This document shows positions 1-12,900 of a DNA stretch of 47,476 nt, one piece after another (the first letter of the stretch is position 1; each line of letters opens with the position of its first letter). Source of the DNA: Chromera velia (Eukaryota); contig JAHBMJ010000457.1 in the NCBI GenBank assembly GCA_018398765.1, positions 1 to 47,476 on the forward strand, written 5' to 3'. The position numbers and the translations under genes were made by a program. The notes under the pieces are model-generated. The model worked only from the letters and a program-made list of their open reading frames with translations. It was not told where the DNA came from and did no database searches.

Positions 1-600
1 CCTCGCACTCCGCCGCCCCCCCCCCCCCCCCGCGGGAAAAGCTGCGGAACTCCTGAAACCCATCTGACGCACGCGTAGCATAAATCAGCCGTTTGGAGCC
101 GGGTTTTTGGTGAAAGACACTGTATGCATGCCTGCATGCGTGGGTTGGGGTATTTCTGTTTTGTAAGTGCCCTCTGCTTCGCTTTCCAGGGCCATTTCTG
201 TTTTGTAAGTGCCCCCCGCTTCCCTTTCCGGAGTCACACTGCGTGTACGCGTGGGTTGGGGTATCTGACGCAAGCAAGCTTGCGAACGGCCCCGGAAAGC
301 AGGAAAAATGAGAACTGCACGATTGACGCACGCCGGCCAGCCTCGCGCCGACCCCCNNNNNNGTGGGAAAAAAGTATGTGCGAAACCCCCCCTCCCCCGG
401 GAAAAAAGCCCGGGGTGGAGATCTGAAACCCATTTGACGCACGCATGGCCCAAATTCAGCCTTTCGGGGCCGGGTTTTTGGCGAAAGACACTGCGTGCAC
501 GCGTGGGCTGGAGTATTTCTGTTTTGTAAGTGCCCCCCGCTTCGCTTTCCGGGGCCATTTCTGTTTTGTAAGTGCCCCCCGCTTCGCTTTCCTGGGCCAC
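1..600. repeat. Degenerate tandem repeat (~370-bp period) containing paired 42-bp subunits
   Basis: CTGAAACCCAT(C/T)TGACGCACGC occurs at ~53 and ~423. The 42-mer ATTTCTGTTTTGTAAGTGCCCCCCGCTTCGCTTTCCGGGGCC and variants occur at ~152, ~194, ~516 and ~558. There is a short N gap at 357-362. Confidence 0.8.
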
Positions 601-1011
601 CAGAATTGAATTCACAAGATTGAAGACAAAGACTGGGAGTCGGAGAGTTGGCATCGATCTGGCCTCACACAGCCCTTTGTGCCCCTCGAAATTTCGGTGA
701 GCCCGTTGGTGCTGGAGGGGTCATATCGCGAAGATTTTTTTTGTGTTGGTTTGCGATGCTGGCCGTCCTGGAGATGTCAAAAAGTTCAGGCAGAATTCCA
801 TCAACCGTTAGCCGTCTCCGAGCAGCTATCTACACTTGATTGCCGGTGTGGAAGCAGCCCCGGCTTCCTGACTGAGGGACGGCTGGCGTGGGCAGGTCTG
901 TGCTTCCCACACGAAATTTTTTGCAGCTTGTGGGAAGGTGCCGCGGCATTGAGACCTGGTTCCCACTTTAGTTGACTTCCCACCCGCCCCTGGTCTTTTC
1001 CTGCTAGCACG

Positions 1012-2697
1012 ATGAGTCGTGAGTGGCACCAGAGCACATACGAGGATCTCCTCAATGAGATCTGCCGGCTGGAGAAGGAGACCGATAAGGACATCGACCT
1101 ATCCAAAAGTCTGGCTGAACTCGTCACGAGACACAAAGACGAACTGTGCGCGCCTCTGCGGTTCAGTACGAGAACAAGCACCACCACACGAGATTCCCTC
1201 ATCACGTTCTACAAGTCGTCTGTGGGGGACCCCCAACAGGACGTGGAGAAGCAAAGAGCCATGAATTTTATCGTGACGTCCGCAGTGGCGGTGTCGGAAA
1301 TCATCGGGTTGAGTGGGGAGGACAGCGTCAGACTTGTCAAGGGGATGTGGAAGGCCACAAAGATGAGAGCAAGTCGTCAGCATGAACTGCACGTCATCAT
1401 GCGCAGTGCGGTGGAGAAGTTTTACAACGAACTGTACTTCCGAGTTCGTTGTTTGCGTGAGATTCTGGAAGTGATCCTGACAAACCCTGTTGAGTTGGGT
1501 TGTCGGAGTCTGGACTTACTGTTGAAAGATCCGGCGGCTTGGAGAGACCAGAAATTCAGAATCTCTTGTCGAGTGGAACCCTTAGTGGGTACAGCCGTTT
1601 TGTTTCTGCTGGAGGGGGGTAATCTGATCGACAACCTGATTGAAGGACTGCAAAACATCCTTCGCCTGGGAACTGCAGTGCCCTCAGGTGGGTGGATGGG
1701 GAGGAGAGGGGAGAGGAGCACTCGCGCTCTGTTTTGTCTTCGGTGCCTGCTCTTCCTTCTCTTTTTCTGTCGTTCGTCTTTCCCTTTCTTGTTTCTCTTC
1801 CTGCCTTTCTTTGCGTCTTCATCCATGTGCTGCACGTGCCCTCCTATCCACCCAACCGCCTACTGCTTCACCCCCCCGGCTGTCGGATCAGATCATTGCT
1901 GTTGCGTGCTACCTTTCCGCAACGAAAGAAAATCTCTTCCTTTTGCTTGCGTCAGCCCAAACGCTCTTCTCTCTTTTCTGACAGAACACAGAACCTGCCT
2001 CTCCCCTTGCTGAAGTGTAACAGAAGACCTGCATGTTGATTTCGTGGTGGGGGCGGTGACTCTCTCTCCTTTTCCACCCGTGCTTTCTCCTACCCTTCCG
2101 TGCACGTATGCTTCGCCTGCCTGCCTATGTCATTTTCTGCAATCTCTGTCTGCTATGACAGGCACGACCGAAATGAGGAACATTCGGACCGGGTCCATGG
2201 GCCGTCTGAATCAAGTGATCAGGTACGTCGGAGGGAGGGGGGGCCTGCCTGTAGGGGAGGAAGGAAGGAAGTCGGGGATCTTGTTGGTGAGTGCCTTGGT
2301 TCATGAAACATGAGTGAGTGAGTGAGTGAGTGAGTGAGAGGGACTGAGTCTGTGTGTGTGAGTGAGTGAGTGAGTGAGTGAGTGAGTGAGTGGGGGAGTG
2401 ATTGAGTGAGTGAGTGAGTGAGTGAGTGAGTAAGTGAGTGAGCTAGGTGACTGAGAGAATGAGTGAGTGAGTGAGTGAGTGAGTGAGTGAGTGAGAGTGA
2501 GTGAGTGAGATAGTGGTTGGGTAAGTGAGTGTGTGAGTGAGGAACAGCACCTCCGCTTGTCTCGTCTCTCTCTCGATCTCTCTATCTCTCCCTCTGTCTC
2601 TCTTTCTCTCTTTTCCTGCGACTTTTCCACCATCCCCAGCCCCCTTTTGCCCATTCAACAAGCGCGTCTGTGGAAAAGCAAAGCATGTCGACCTTGG

Positions 2698-2737
<40 letters not shown>

Positions 2738-3898
2738 CATTGCAGCGTGGCAGCAGAGTGTCTTCTGTTGACTCTGAACGTGTTCCACACGCCTGTTGAG
2801 AGTGTGAAGAAACTGCTGGTGCTTCTGCCTCAGTGCGCTTCGGATTTGGAGGTCAGTCGGCAGACCGAAGTACAGGCAGAAAATTAAGTCGAAGGAAGGA
2901 CAAAGAAAGAACTTGTGTGAGGTTTGACTGTAAAGAGAGAAAAAATGCGACTAGACGAATGCAGACAGTCGGTCTTTCCAACAAGTTTGCGCAAGAATCA
3001 GGACACAGGTCACGAATGAAAAACGAATCAGGCGGGGAAGGAAGAAAAGAAGGAAGGATGAGAGACAGACGAAGAATCGAAAGGTTGATACAGTAGGCGG
3101 GGGTATGTGCTTATCCTTTCCAATCTCTTTTCTCTCTGAGACATGCACCAAAAGACGGACAACCAATTTTGTTCTTCAGACGAGTGAGTCTCGTCTCCCT
3201 CCTTCTTCCCCGACCTCCCCTAATTTCCTTCCACCTTTGCAGAGTGCGGGGTGCCTTCCCCAGCAGTCCCAGCCTTCTTCCAGTGCAGCAGCAGCAGCTG
3301 GTGGAGGAGGAGACGCGCTCCCGTATGCGGAGACGGCCACAGCGGAGGACTGGGACGGAAAGGTCGCACTCACAGGGGAGGTGCCCGAAAACAAAAAGGT
3401 GAGTCGGGTCCGGGAGTGCAATCAGTCAAAATTCATCGAGACCCATCAACCCGCCGCCCTCTTTGCTTTCGCAATCCCTTTCTCTCACTGTATGTATGCA
3501 CGTTTTCTCTCTGCTTGCCAAGTTCCCTCAGTCAGTTTCCGACCCGACCTCCTCCTTTTGTGCCCCATTCTCTCCTTTTCTCTCTCTCTCGCTCCCGCTC
3601 TCGCCCGCGTATCTCTCTCTCTATGCATGTATGTTTCTATACGCGCGCGCGTGTGTGTCTGGGTGTGCAGTTGTCCTTCTCTCTGTATTGCGCGCTGTTC
3701 CTCTCGCTGATGCCCCCTCATGGGGGAGAGGGGGACAGAGACAGACTCGGAGACGGCACGGGGGGGCGGAGACCCGCACTCAAAATTCCCAAATGGGATC
3801 ACCCGAGTGCTCAGGTCGGTCGGTCGGTCGGTCGGCACCGTGCAAGCAATTTTGTTCACTTACTTTTCCTCTTGCTTGCTGTCCATTTTTCGGAAGTA

Positions 3899-3941
<43 letters not shown>

Positions 3942-6900
3942 GTTGGTTGATCCGTGTCTGCCTTCAACCTCCGTCCTGCTTCCCAATGTACCTGCTACTT
4001 GCCCTTGCTTCCCCCTGCAGCATGTTCAAGCAGCACAAGCAGAACTACAAAAGAAAATGTCCCCCGAGAGGTCGCGCTCTTCCCCTGCAGCCTCACCCGA
4101 CCCTCCCCCTCAGTTCCCCCCCGAGCCCTGTGGAAATCCCATTTACAGAGAGAACACGGGGGGAAGGGGAGGCGCGGCACAAGGGCCCTCGCTTCCTCTC
4201 CCTGGAGGGGTGGCAGCGGCGGCTGCAGCCGCGGCGCCAGCTGCTGCACAGTCAAGTGCGAGTGGGACGGCTCTGTGGGATGCCGTGCAAAAAGCGGGGG
4301 TAGGTGGGTTGGCCGGCCCTCCCTCTTTCTTTCTTGATTGCTTCTGCTGCTTGTTTTGGTTGGCATCACACCGTCTTGGGGGTTCATTTTCGTTTCTTTG
4401 CCCACTTCTTGGGCTCGAATCGTTTTCACGCGAGTACCAATTTTAGCTTTACTTCGATGCTATCGTGTCTTTCTGTCTCTCTACGATTGAACTCTGACTG
4501 GACGATCCGATTGAGGAGCAAGATGGGGTGATGTGGAGGGGTCTCCGTGGGCCTTTTTGCATGTGTGTGTTGGGGGGGGAGAGACTCTTTCCCTTGAATT
4601 TCCGTTGATGATCGTCGCCTTTGCTTGCCTCTTCCGCCCTTTTTTCACATTTTCTCTGTTTCCCCTCCTGCGCATCCGCCCTTCGTTCACTCGCGGCGGT
4701 GCCGTACCGTCTCTGTCTCTCATCTTTCTGACTGAATCTGTGCCACTGCTGTTTTTTCCCTTAATTTTTCGTCTCATCCCTGTCTGTCTCTGCTCCTGCA
4801 CGTGTGCCCTATTTCGATTCTCATTGACTGCGGATGGCCTGATGAATGGATGGATGGATGGATGCAGTTTTGGCATTCGACGTCTTTGTGGGGACAGTTT
4901 GGGTGGTGGCTGGTGCAGAACGTCTTTCAGGTCACAGACAAATCTCTGACCATGCTTCTCCCTCGAGGGGGGGGAGACGTGGGGAGGCTGTATGGGCCTG
5001 CAGAGAGCGCGTTGCGGTCTGGAGGAGCTCTGGGTTTGGTTCGAGCTGAGGAGAAGGAGAGGGAACGGAGAAGTAGAAAGGAGGTGCCGGCGAGGGAAAA
5101 ACATCTCGAACTTCTAGAGGATCTGTTTCTGTGTGAGTCTGTTTCTCTCTTTTATCCTTTGTATCTTGTTTTTCGGTGGGTGGTGATTTTGTTCCTGTAT
5201 CCTTTTATTCCTGTCTTTCTTGTGGTTTACGTGAGTCCCGCATTAACAAGCAACAAGCCCCGTCGCTTAGATTGACTCTTCCATGTTTCGGGTGAGACAG
5301 GAGGGAACCCGCTGTCCGAAAAGTTCCTTTCTTCTTTCCTTTCCTCCGTTTTTTTCTTCCTTTCACACCTCACTCCTAAGGGCGCATGATCATCGAATGA
5401 CTTAACTGACTCCTTGCTTGAAATTCCTGCCTTGCTTTTCCTCGTGTTTTTTGGGGGCATTGACCACCAAAGTCCTCCACGTACCTGTTCGCGCAGGCTC
5501 TAACGTCTGTGTGCACTTTTCTCCTCGGTCTCTCCCTGTGTGGTCTTTTTCTTTCTTTCTTTTCGATTGGCGTGTCTGCTGTGCTGCAGCCGGACTTGAC
5601 GCGAATCACTCCGGCAGTCGCATCATTCTCTTGCTCGCACAGACGGTAATCAGGTCAGCCAGAAATAAGCCTGCCTGCCTGCCTGGATGGATGGAGTTCT
5701 TTCTGATGAAGTGAACGGCTGGACTGAAAAGAGAGTCGGAATGGGGGGGAGGCCGAGGGAGCGTTGAGTGACTGTTCTCGGGTAGCGACAAGGAGAAAAG
5801 CGTGTGAATGAACGGAAAGGAAGATTAAGTCCTGAAAGTGAAAACACCCCAAGAATCAAGACAAGCAATATCGATTCCATCTTTGTGATGCGGAGACAGA
5901 TCACCGTGGCAATGAAGACAAAAGAGAAATGAGTTTTCTTTCGTTCATGTAGGAAGGGCAGCGAAAGAGAAAGAGAGGGACAAACAAAGCGACCGACCAA
6001 CCTGTGATTCACACTAGAAAGGAGACCATGTTCATTCCCCCTGAATGAAGTTTTCGTCCTCTTCTCTGCATGGATAGATGGATGGACGGAATTGGTTTTC
6101 TTCTTTGTGGTGTACGTGGCAGCACGCTCATGAGTGCATATGCGTGATGCAAAGTGGCCCTGTTATTCTCTTCTCTCTCTTCCCTGTCCCCTCCTCTTCC
6201 GTCAGAGCTCTCATTAATCAAACGCGTGCTTGGAGGAAACTCCGGCAAGAGGGCGACAGGAGGGACCACCTCGCTTCGGGAGCTTACAGAAGGGTAAGGA
6301 GAAGAGGGAAAGGGAAGGGGCAAACGCGGTCAAATGGTCTGCACGAATCCTTTTTTTCTTTGCCGGCAGAATTGGAGAATGGAATGGCGCTCTTCTAGGC
6401 AGGTTCGGTGCCTCCCAATGGCTCTCGGGTGTGCGGGATGGGACCCTTCAAGGTTGCATCCTGTCGAATTGGCTCCCGGGAGTTTTTTTGATTGACTTGG
6501 GGCACATAGAGACCAGACAGGGAGGGGACTTGCGGAGGGTGGGACATTGTGTGCCTTCTTTCTTTCTGTCAAACGCAGAGGGAAAGTGAGGCATTCAGGA
6601 GTGCATCCTTCTCTGTTCTCCTTACACGAAGAAGTCCGTTCTCTTTCACTTTTCTCTCCCACGTGTGTTTTTGGGTCTGTCTCCTTTTGCTCTGTAGCAA
6701 GTGTGTCTCTCTGCAGATAGAGGTCTTTGACATTCACAAGAAGAATTCTCCCCTGAGAGCTGCAAAAGACTGTTGGTTCACTTCTCCATGCGTGACATTG
6801 CGCGAATATCTGCAGGGAAGTGCCGCTATGGGGTATTCCTATGGGGACGCATTCGACACTGACGGGGGAAGTGAGGGCATCGGATCCGCCCAGGTGACGG

Positions 6901-9900
6901 TTGTGTACGCATCCCTCGTGCGTCTGGTGAATCGTCTGTGCAGAGTTCTGCCCTCAGCGTGCTCCTCTGTGTCCAATTTCCTGTTCAAATCCCTTGACGA
7001 TCTTGTGTTTTCAGCAGACATCGGGGGGGGACCTCTGGGGGGACCCTCTGGGGGGATGGTGGCAGGGAGGGGAGTGGGGGGATTCGGTGGTTCGACAACT
7101 CTTCCCCGTTTACCTCGGCTGTACAGTGAGCTCCTCGACCTCTCCGCTGTCGTCTGTGCCTACGGGCCGTTGGAAATCGCGAACGAGATTGCGCACAGAC
7201 TGGCAGCACCCCACCAGGGTGCCAGCCAGTCGTGGCTTTATTTCCCCACTGCTTTTCAGAATGTGCTGAAGGCGCTTGAGAGAATTGCACAGGGGGGATT
7301 TGGGTTCTCTTTGGGAATTGATGGCCCGGGGGGGGAGTGGGGTGATGGGGGAGATGGGAGTCTGGGGAGTCTCTTTGGAAGAGGGGGGGAGAGGGAGGAG
7401 AGTGATGCGGAGAAGGTGCTCATACTCCTTGAGAGTCTCACCGGCCTCGTGCGTCTAGCAGGGGCGTTCCACACAACGAGACTCTTCCGACTTCTCCCCC
7501 CACCGCCACCTCTGACGCCTGCAGTCGCTCAGAATGCTGACCCGGAGACGCTACTGAAGATTCTGTCCTGGAATGCGGAGAACTTCTCAGTGCCTCAGTC
7601 GACAGGAGGGGATGAAGCAACAACAGAAGACGTGCTGATCGGTCTGAAGGCCTCATGTCTCGAGACCCTGAGCACATTCGCTCTGTCCCCCCCATCAGCG
7701 AGGACAGTCTTGTATGGGATCATCGGATCTATTGGGGTGCTTCGACAGCACTTTGCACCAGAGCGATTAAAATATGCCATGCAGGCGCCAAGTTGGCGTC
7801 GACTCGAAGGCATGTCCCGACTTCTGATTTCCCTTTTCTCCGCTGTCCTCTCTATCCTCCATCTATTCGGGTATCGTTCGCGTTATTCGTTTCCCCTCCG
7901 TGAAGTAACAGACTTGGTCTTCTGGACTCTTCACCTCCTTTCGATTGACGGCGTAGGAACTGAAGAGGAAAGAAATGCTTCTGGTCCGAGAGGAAGAGTT
8001 GTGGGAGGGGGGCGCAGAACAGTTGCGTCCAATGTGCCCACGTTTGGGTTCTTTCTGCAACGTTCTTGGCCGACGCGTTATTGGCGTTTGGCATCCGTTG
8101 TTCTACGTGTCCTCCGTCTGCTTCTCCGGGGCCCCCTGCCCCTGACGGGAGAAATTCGAAGTGACATGGCCAGTCGATCGGCGTTCAAGTCGTCCAATTT
8201 CAGAATGTCTCTCTGTTGTGAAGAGATGACCAATAAGGAGCTTCTCGCACAAAGTGCGACGGCAGCAGGACTGCATTCTCTGGCGAGTTCTTTGCGGTCT
8301 CCGATGTCATTCAGTCAGCCTCATCTGGCTCAGATGGGGATGGGAGAGGATACATTCGCAGATGGCAGTGCGACGATGGATGCGTTTCTTCGTCTCCTGA
8401 CATTGAATAGCCCCTCGATGAAGACGTTGCTGTCTCTTATCACATTCCACTCAGAGGGGGGGACTGCTCTAATGCAGGCAGGACAGGGGTTCATGCCTCG
8501 AAAGTATGGAATCATGGATGTGGCCTCTGTAGGCCTCGATCTGATCTGCCTTCTGCTGTCCAGAGACGTCTACTTCATTCCGGCTTATCGATCCTTCTAC
8601 AAAGTGGTGCAAGTGACCGAAAGGGGAGGGGCAGGGTCCAAGGAGTTGAGCTCCCTCCCCCCGCCCTCGTCTCTCAGAACGACGGATGAATTCTTGTTGG
8701 AGAATTATTCAGACGAGGCGCTGGGACGTAGGGGGTCCTATTCAGTCGGTGCCGGGGTCTCTCGGGACCCCTGGGGTGGGGGTGCTGAGGAAGGGGGGGG
8801 GGCCTCCCGCGTTGGGGCACGGCCTTCCTCGTGTGCTGCCCTGAACCATTTGTGTTCTCTGATGGATAACGACATTGGGCCTTCTATTCGACGTTCACTC
8901 ACTTTCATCCTCATTCAGGTCGGTCTGCTTGATTGATTGATTCACTTCCTGCATGTCTATGGTTGTCCCTTTCTGAATGAAGTCGATCGAGTGACTGCTC
9001 ATCTCCAATCGACCTTTCATTGTGGTTCTTTCTTTGTCTGCATGCTTTGCTTCTTTGCCTGGCCGCCTGTCCACTCATCTTTTTGTCTGTGGAAACAAAA
9101 CATCTTCTTCACAAGAGGGAGGACACAGACATCCTTCCTTCGCCACTTTGCCCTCACTCTCTTTCCTCTTCACTTGCAGGTGAATGCACGACAGCCCCAG
9201 CGCACTCTGTGCGCTCTGGCAGACGACGCCTTCACCCTCAGGCAGGTCTGCCGAGGGATCAACGGACTGCTTCAGGCCCACGCCGCAGGGCCTGGCACGG
9301 ACCCCCTAGTGTTCTTCGGGGAACCTTCCAAGCAGCTGTCCTCGTACAGAACGAAAAAATTCACAGACCTCTGGGAGCTGCTCAACAAGAAACCGACCCC
9401 ATTTGCCAAAACCAACTGCCCCCCGCCTGCCGAGGTACTCATCGATCCCTGCGTAGGAGAATCAGTGGCTTTGTTGCTGACTCCGGTCAGCGATCGGAAC
9501 GTTGAGAGGTCCACGCCTGGGGTCGGGTTGAGTGCTCTTCGGTCGAATGAGAACACGTCCCTTGACTGGAGGAGGGAGTGGGTCGCGTTTGACCAGGAGA
9601 ACTTTGAGGCCGATACTTCAGAGTGTGAAAGCAGATCGGGAACTGTGCGGGGGTTCTTTCTACCAGGGAGACAGGGGGGGGCATGTGGAGCCGTGATGTT
9701 TGCTGAACTGGAGGTGAGCGTCTGACTGAGTTGTTGGGTTTTTCTTTCCTCCCTCATTGTTCGGTTGGTATCCTCTCCTTGTCTCCGCTTGGCGTTCTTC
9801 CGTCTCTCTTCTCGGTCTGTTGCCAGGGAAAGGAAGAGCCGATAACTTGGGGGGGGAGCTGTTTTCGTTCCATGCAATTATTTGTTTCTTCTTCGCAGAG

Positions 9901-12900
9901 AGCTGCTGGGGGAACATCCGAGGGTTTTGATTTTATTTTTTTATTCGAGGACTCACTCAAGTGTTCTTCGAGCTCTACGGGGTCTCTTTACCCCCCAGAG
10001 AACCGGACCTGATTCTGTCTGTCCTTTTCTGATCAATCCGTTGGTTTATTAATCTAAATGAAAAGGATTGAAGCGACTGATTGTATGCTTGGTTCGAGGG
10101 ATGAGTCGACTTTTGAATTTGAGGCATGTACTGATTGCATTTGTTTCTTGTCATTCAATGATGGATCTGCCTGCCACTCACGCATGCATGGATAAACAAA
10201 CAAATGTATAAATGCAGGAACGCATAAACTGCCTGGAGACGACGGTGGTCAGCGCTCAGGACTCGGAATTTTTCGGTCTGTTTGTGAACTCCTCGACTGA
10301 TGATGAGGAAGTAGAAGTGAGCGCTGAGGAAGTGAATAGGGTGAGGGCAGTGGAGATGAGAGATGCACTCAGCGTGATGGCATCGGCTTCGTCTTTCGTC
10401 ACTCTGGGCCTGCAGACTGACGACGTCGTTCACCTTCCCCCACCCATTGTGACTCTCCCCATCCCCCCCCGGTACTCTCTTTCCTCAACCCTCCTTGCCC
10501 TCGAGCTTCTCTCCTCCCCCGACCCCTTTCAGAGAATCTCTTCCTTTGACCCTAAAGCTGTCCCCTCATTGTGCGAAAGAGTCCAGCTGGGCCCTCTGAG
10601 TGGCACCAGGAGGGTCCCCTCTCTCGGACACAAACTCTTCGGGTTCAAAGTGAAGGCGGACCTGGGACCTAGACCCTCCTCACTCAGCCCAATGGGCATC
10701 GACGGGGTCAGCCCGGGATGGCAAATCTGCCAATACGTCCTTGCCTTCCTGACCGGCTTCAGCATCCAGACCGCAGCAACATCCACATGGCCCCTCAGAC
10801 CCCCTGCTCCCTCGGACCCCAACCCGACGGAGGCCGAGCTAGCCTTCTGGGACACCAACTCACGCGAATCCTTCCTGCAGAGACTGCAGCTCCAAGCAGA
10901 AATGACCAACGCCTACAAGCTGGTAGCAGCCCTTGCCAGCCACCCCCAGACCTGCATGGCCACCATGGCCGAGTTCCAGAAAAGCTCAGGCCGGTTCGGG
11001 ACCTTGTTTGAATTGGTCACGCTCGACTGGAAGAGAGTTCACCCCGCCTTCCGTCCCCTTCTTCTAGGCCAGATCACAAGTCTTTGCCAGATCCTCTCAA
11101 TAGAGATCGGTCTCTCACTGCAGGCACCCACAGGAGGGACTGCACCTGCCGTCTGCCCCTTCTCTAACGACGACGCGCGGTCTCTCCGCGTCATCAGAGA
11201 ATCAATTGCAGACATCATCAGCAGTCTCGCCCTGGGCCCAGCTGACAAATATGCGAGACAGCATCTTTCCGGGGGCACTCTGATCGTGGCAGCTCTCCGA
11301 AACATGTGTGAGACCTTCCAATTTGCCATCACAGACGGGGCAGAGGTGCCTCTACAAGATTTGCCCGAGTCGACCATCAAGACACACGCAGTCATTCGTC
11401 TTCTGCGTCTCGCCACGCGCCCAGTTTTTGTTCCTTCTTTCGACGCATCAAAGAGTTTCTCCCCCCTCCGTTTTGCCACCGTTCCTACATTCTCCACCCG
11501 TGCCCTCCTCTCGGTTCTCCGCACAGAGGACCCCCTGGCACTGAACCCCTCTTCCGCCTATGGGGGCCTGGGGGGGGGAATAGAGATGGGAATGTATGGG
11601 GGGCATGGGCCGAAAGTGCTGGACCACGCAACCGTGTGCGGTCTCGTGCAGTCGTTTCCGCGCACCAACTTTGCCCTGGTTCTACGGGCCCAGGCTCTGT
11701 CCACTCTCTCGGCCTTGCACTTGTTCTTCATCGCCTCTGCAGAGCACGCCTTCTCTGTGCCCTCATCTGCATTGAGGGACAGGCCCTTTCAGGCTGTGGC
11801 TGCCCATGCAGAGGCAGTGCTTGACGCACTGAGCCCGTCTCTTGTCCGTGTGGACGATCTGGTCCACCCGGAGGACCGGGATGCCTCTGCATTGAGCACT
11901 CAGAAACTGAACGAGGTCGAGAGGGAGAGGAGGAGAAGAAACTTGACCGAGATTCTCCAAGAAGGAGCGTACACCAGAGACGCAATCCTGCAGAAGCCGA
12001 AAGGGGGGGCGGAGCCATTCCTAGGAGAGGACCTTGGGGTGCGCAACCGACTGTTGGCTCTCACATCCTGGCTCCACAAAATCCTCAAAGCCATGAGATC
12101 AGATGTTTGCAAGGACAAGGTGGCCAGTGGTGTCGCTCTCCGTCAGGATTTCTTTCAGGTCGGGACAGGGAGGGGATACAGTGTCGTCAATGCCTGTCTC
12201 TGTCTCTTTGAGCCTCTTTTTCGTTGTTTGCCTTTTTGGTTGATTCGATCTTGTGAGGCCGAAATTGCCCAATGAATGAATGAGTGAGACCTCTTTTCAT
12301 CCTGATGAGTGCTACTATCTACACGCTTTTCCTGGTCACTCACTGTGTATCTATCTACTTTATTTGAGGAGGCTTTCTCACTCACTCACTCGTCTGAGGG
12401 ATTCCTCGCTCGACCATCATTATGTGCCCCCATGAGTGAGAGGGGCCACAGGAAGTCATTTGAAGACAAATATCGATGGTCATTTGTTTTCATTTTCAGC
12501 AGAAAAAAGGAAACAGGAAGAAGATACAGGGGTGTTGGTTGTCCTCTCTTTACTGTTGCTGGGCGTTTTCTTTTCTCGATCCTCTCTTTTGATAAAGGAC
12601 GAACGCACTGCTTATACACAATGGGCCAAAGTGGGAAACGCGAATACGTGAATGCACTTGCCAACCGACTCCCATTCCTTCTCACCCATTTTCTCTCTTC
12701 TGCATTGCAGGCAATAGCCAGAGCCCTCTGTGATTTCATCTGCCATTCCGGCTCCTCTCGGCCTGTACGAGGCACGATCTACGCCTGTCTGCTGGAGCTG
12801 ATTCGCGCAGACTCCTCTCTCGGCAAGGGGCAGCTGGGCACAGCTCTTGTCAAAGAGTTGCGGCGGTTTGAGGAGGCTGGCGGGGGGGTGAAGGACGCTG

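Noticed and set aside
150..600. 42-bp repeats as a CRISPR array or as a repeat protein (ORF 85-654)
   Set aside because: The units are directly adjacent without unique spacers, and the ORF crosses an N gap with no recognisable domain.
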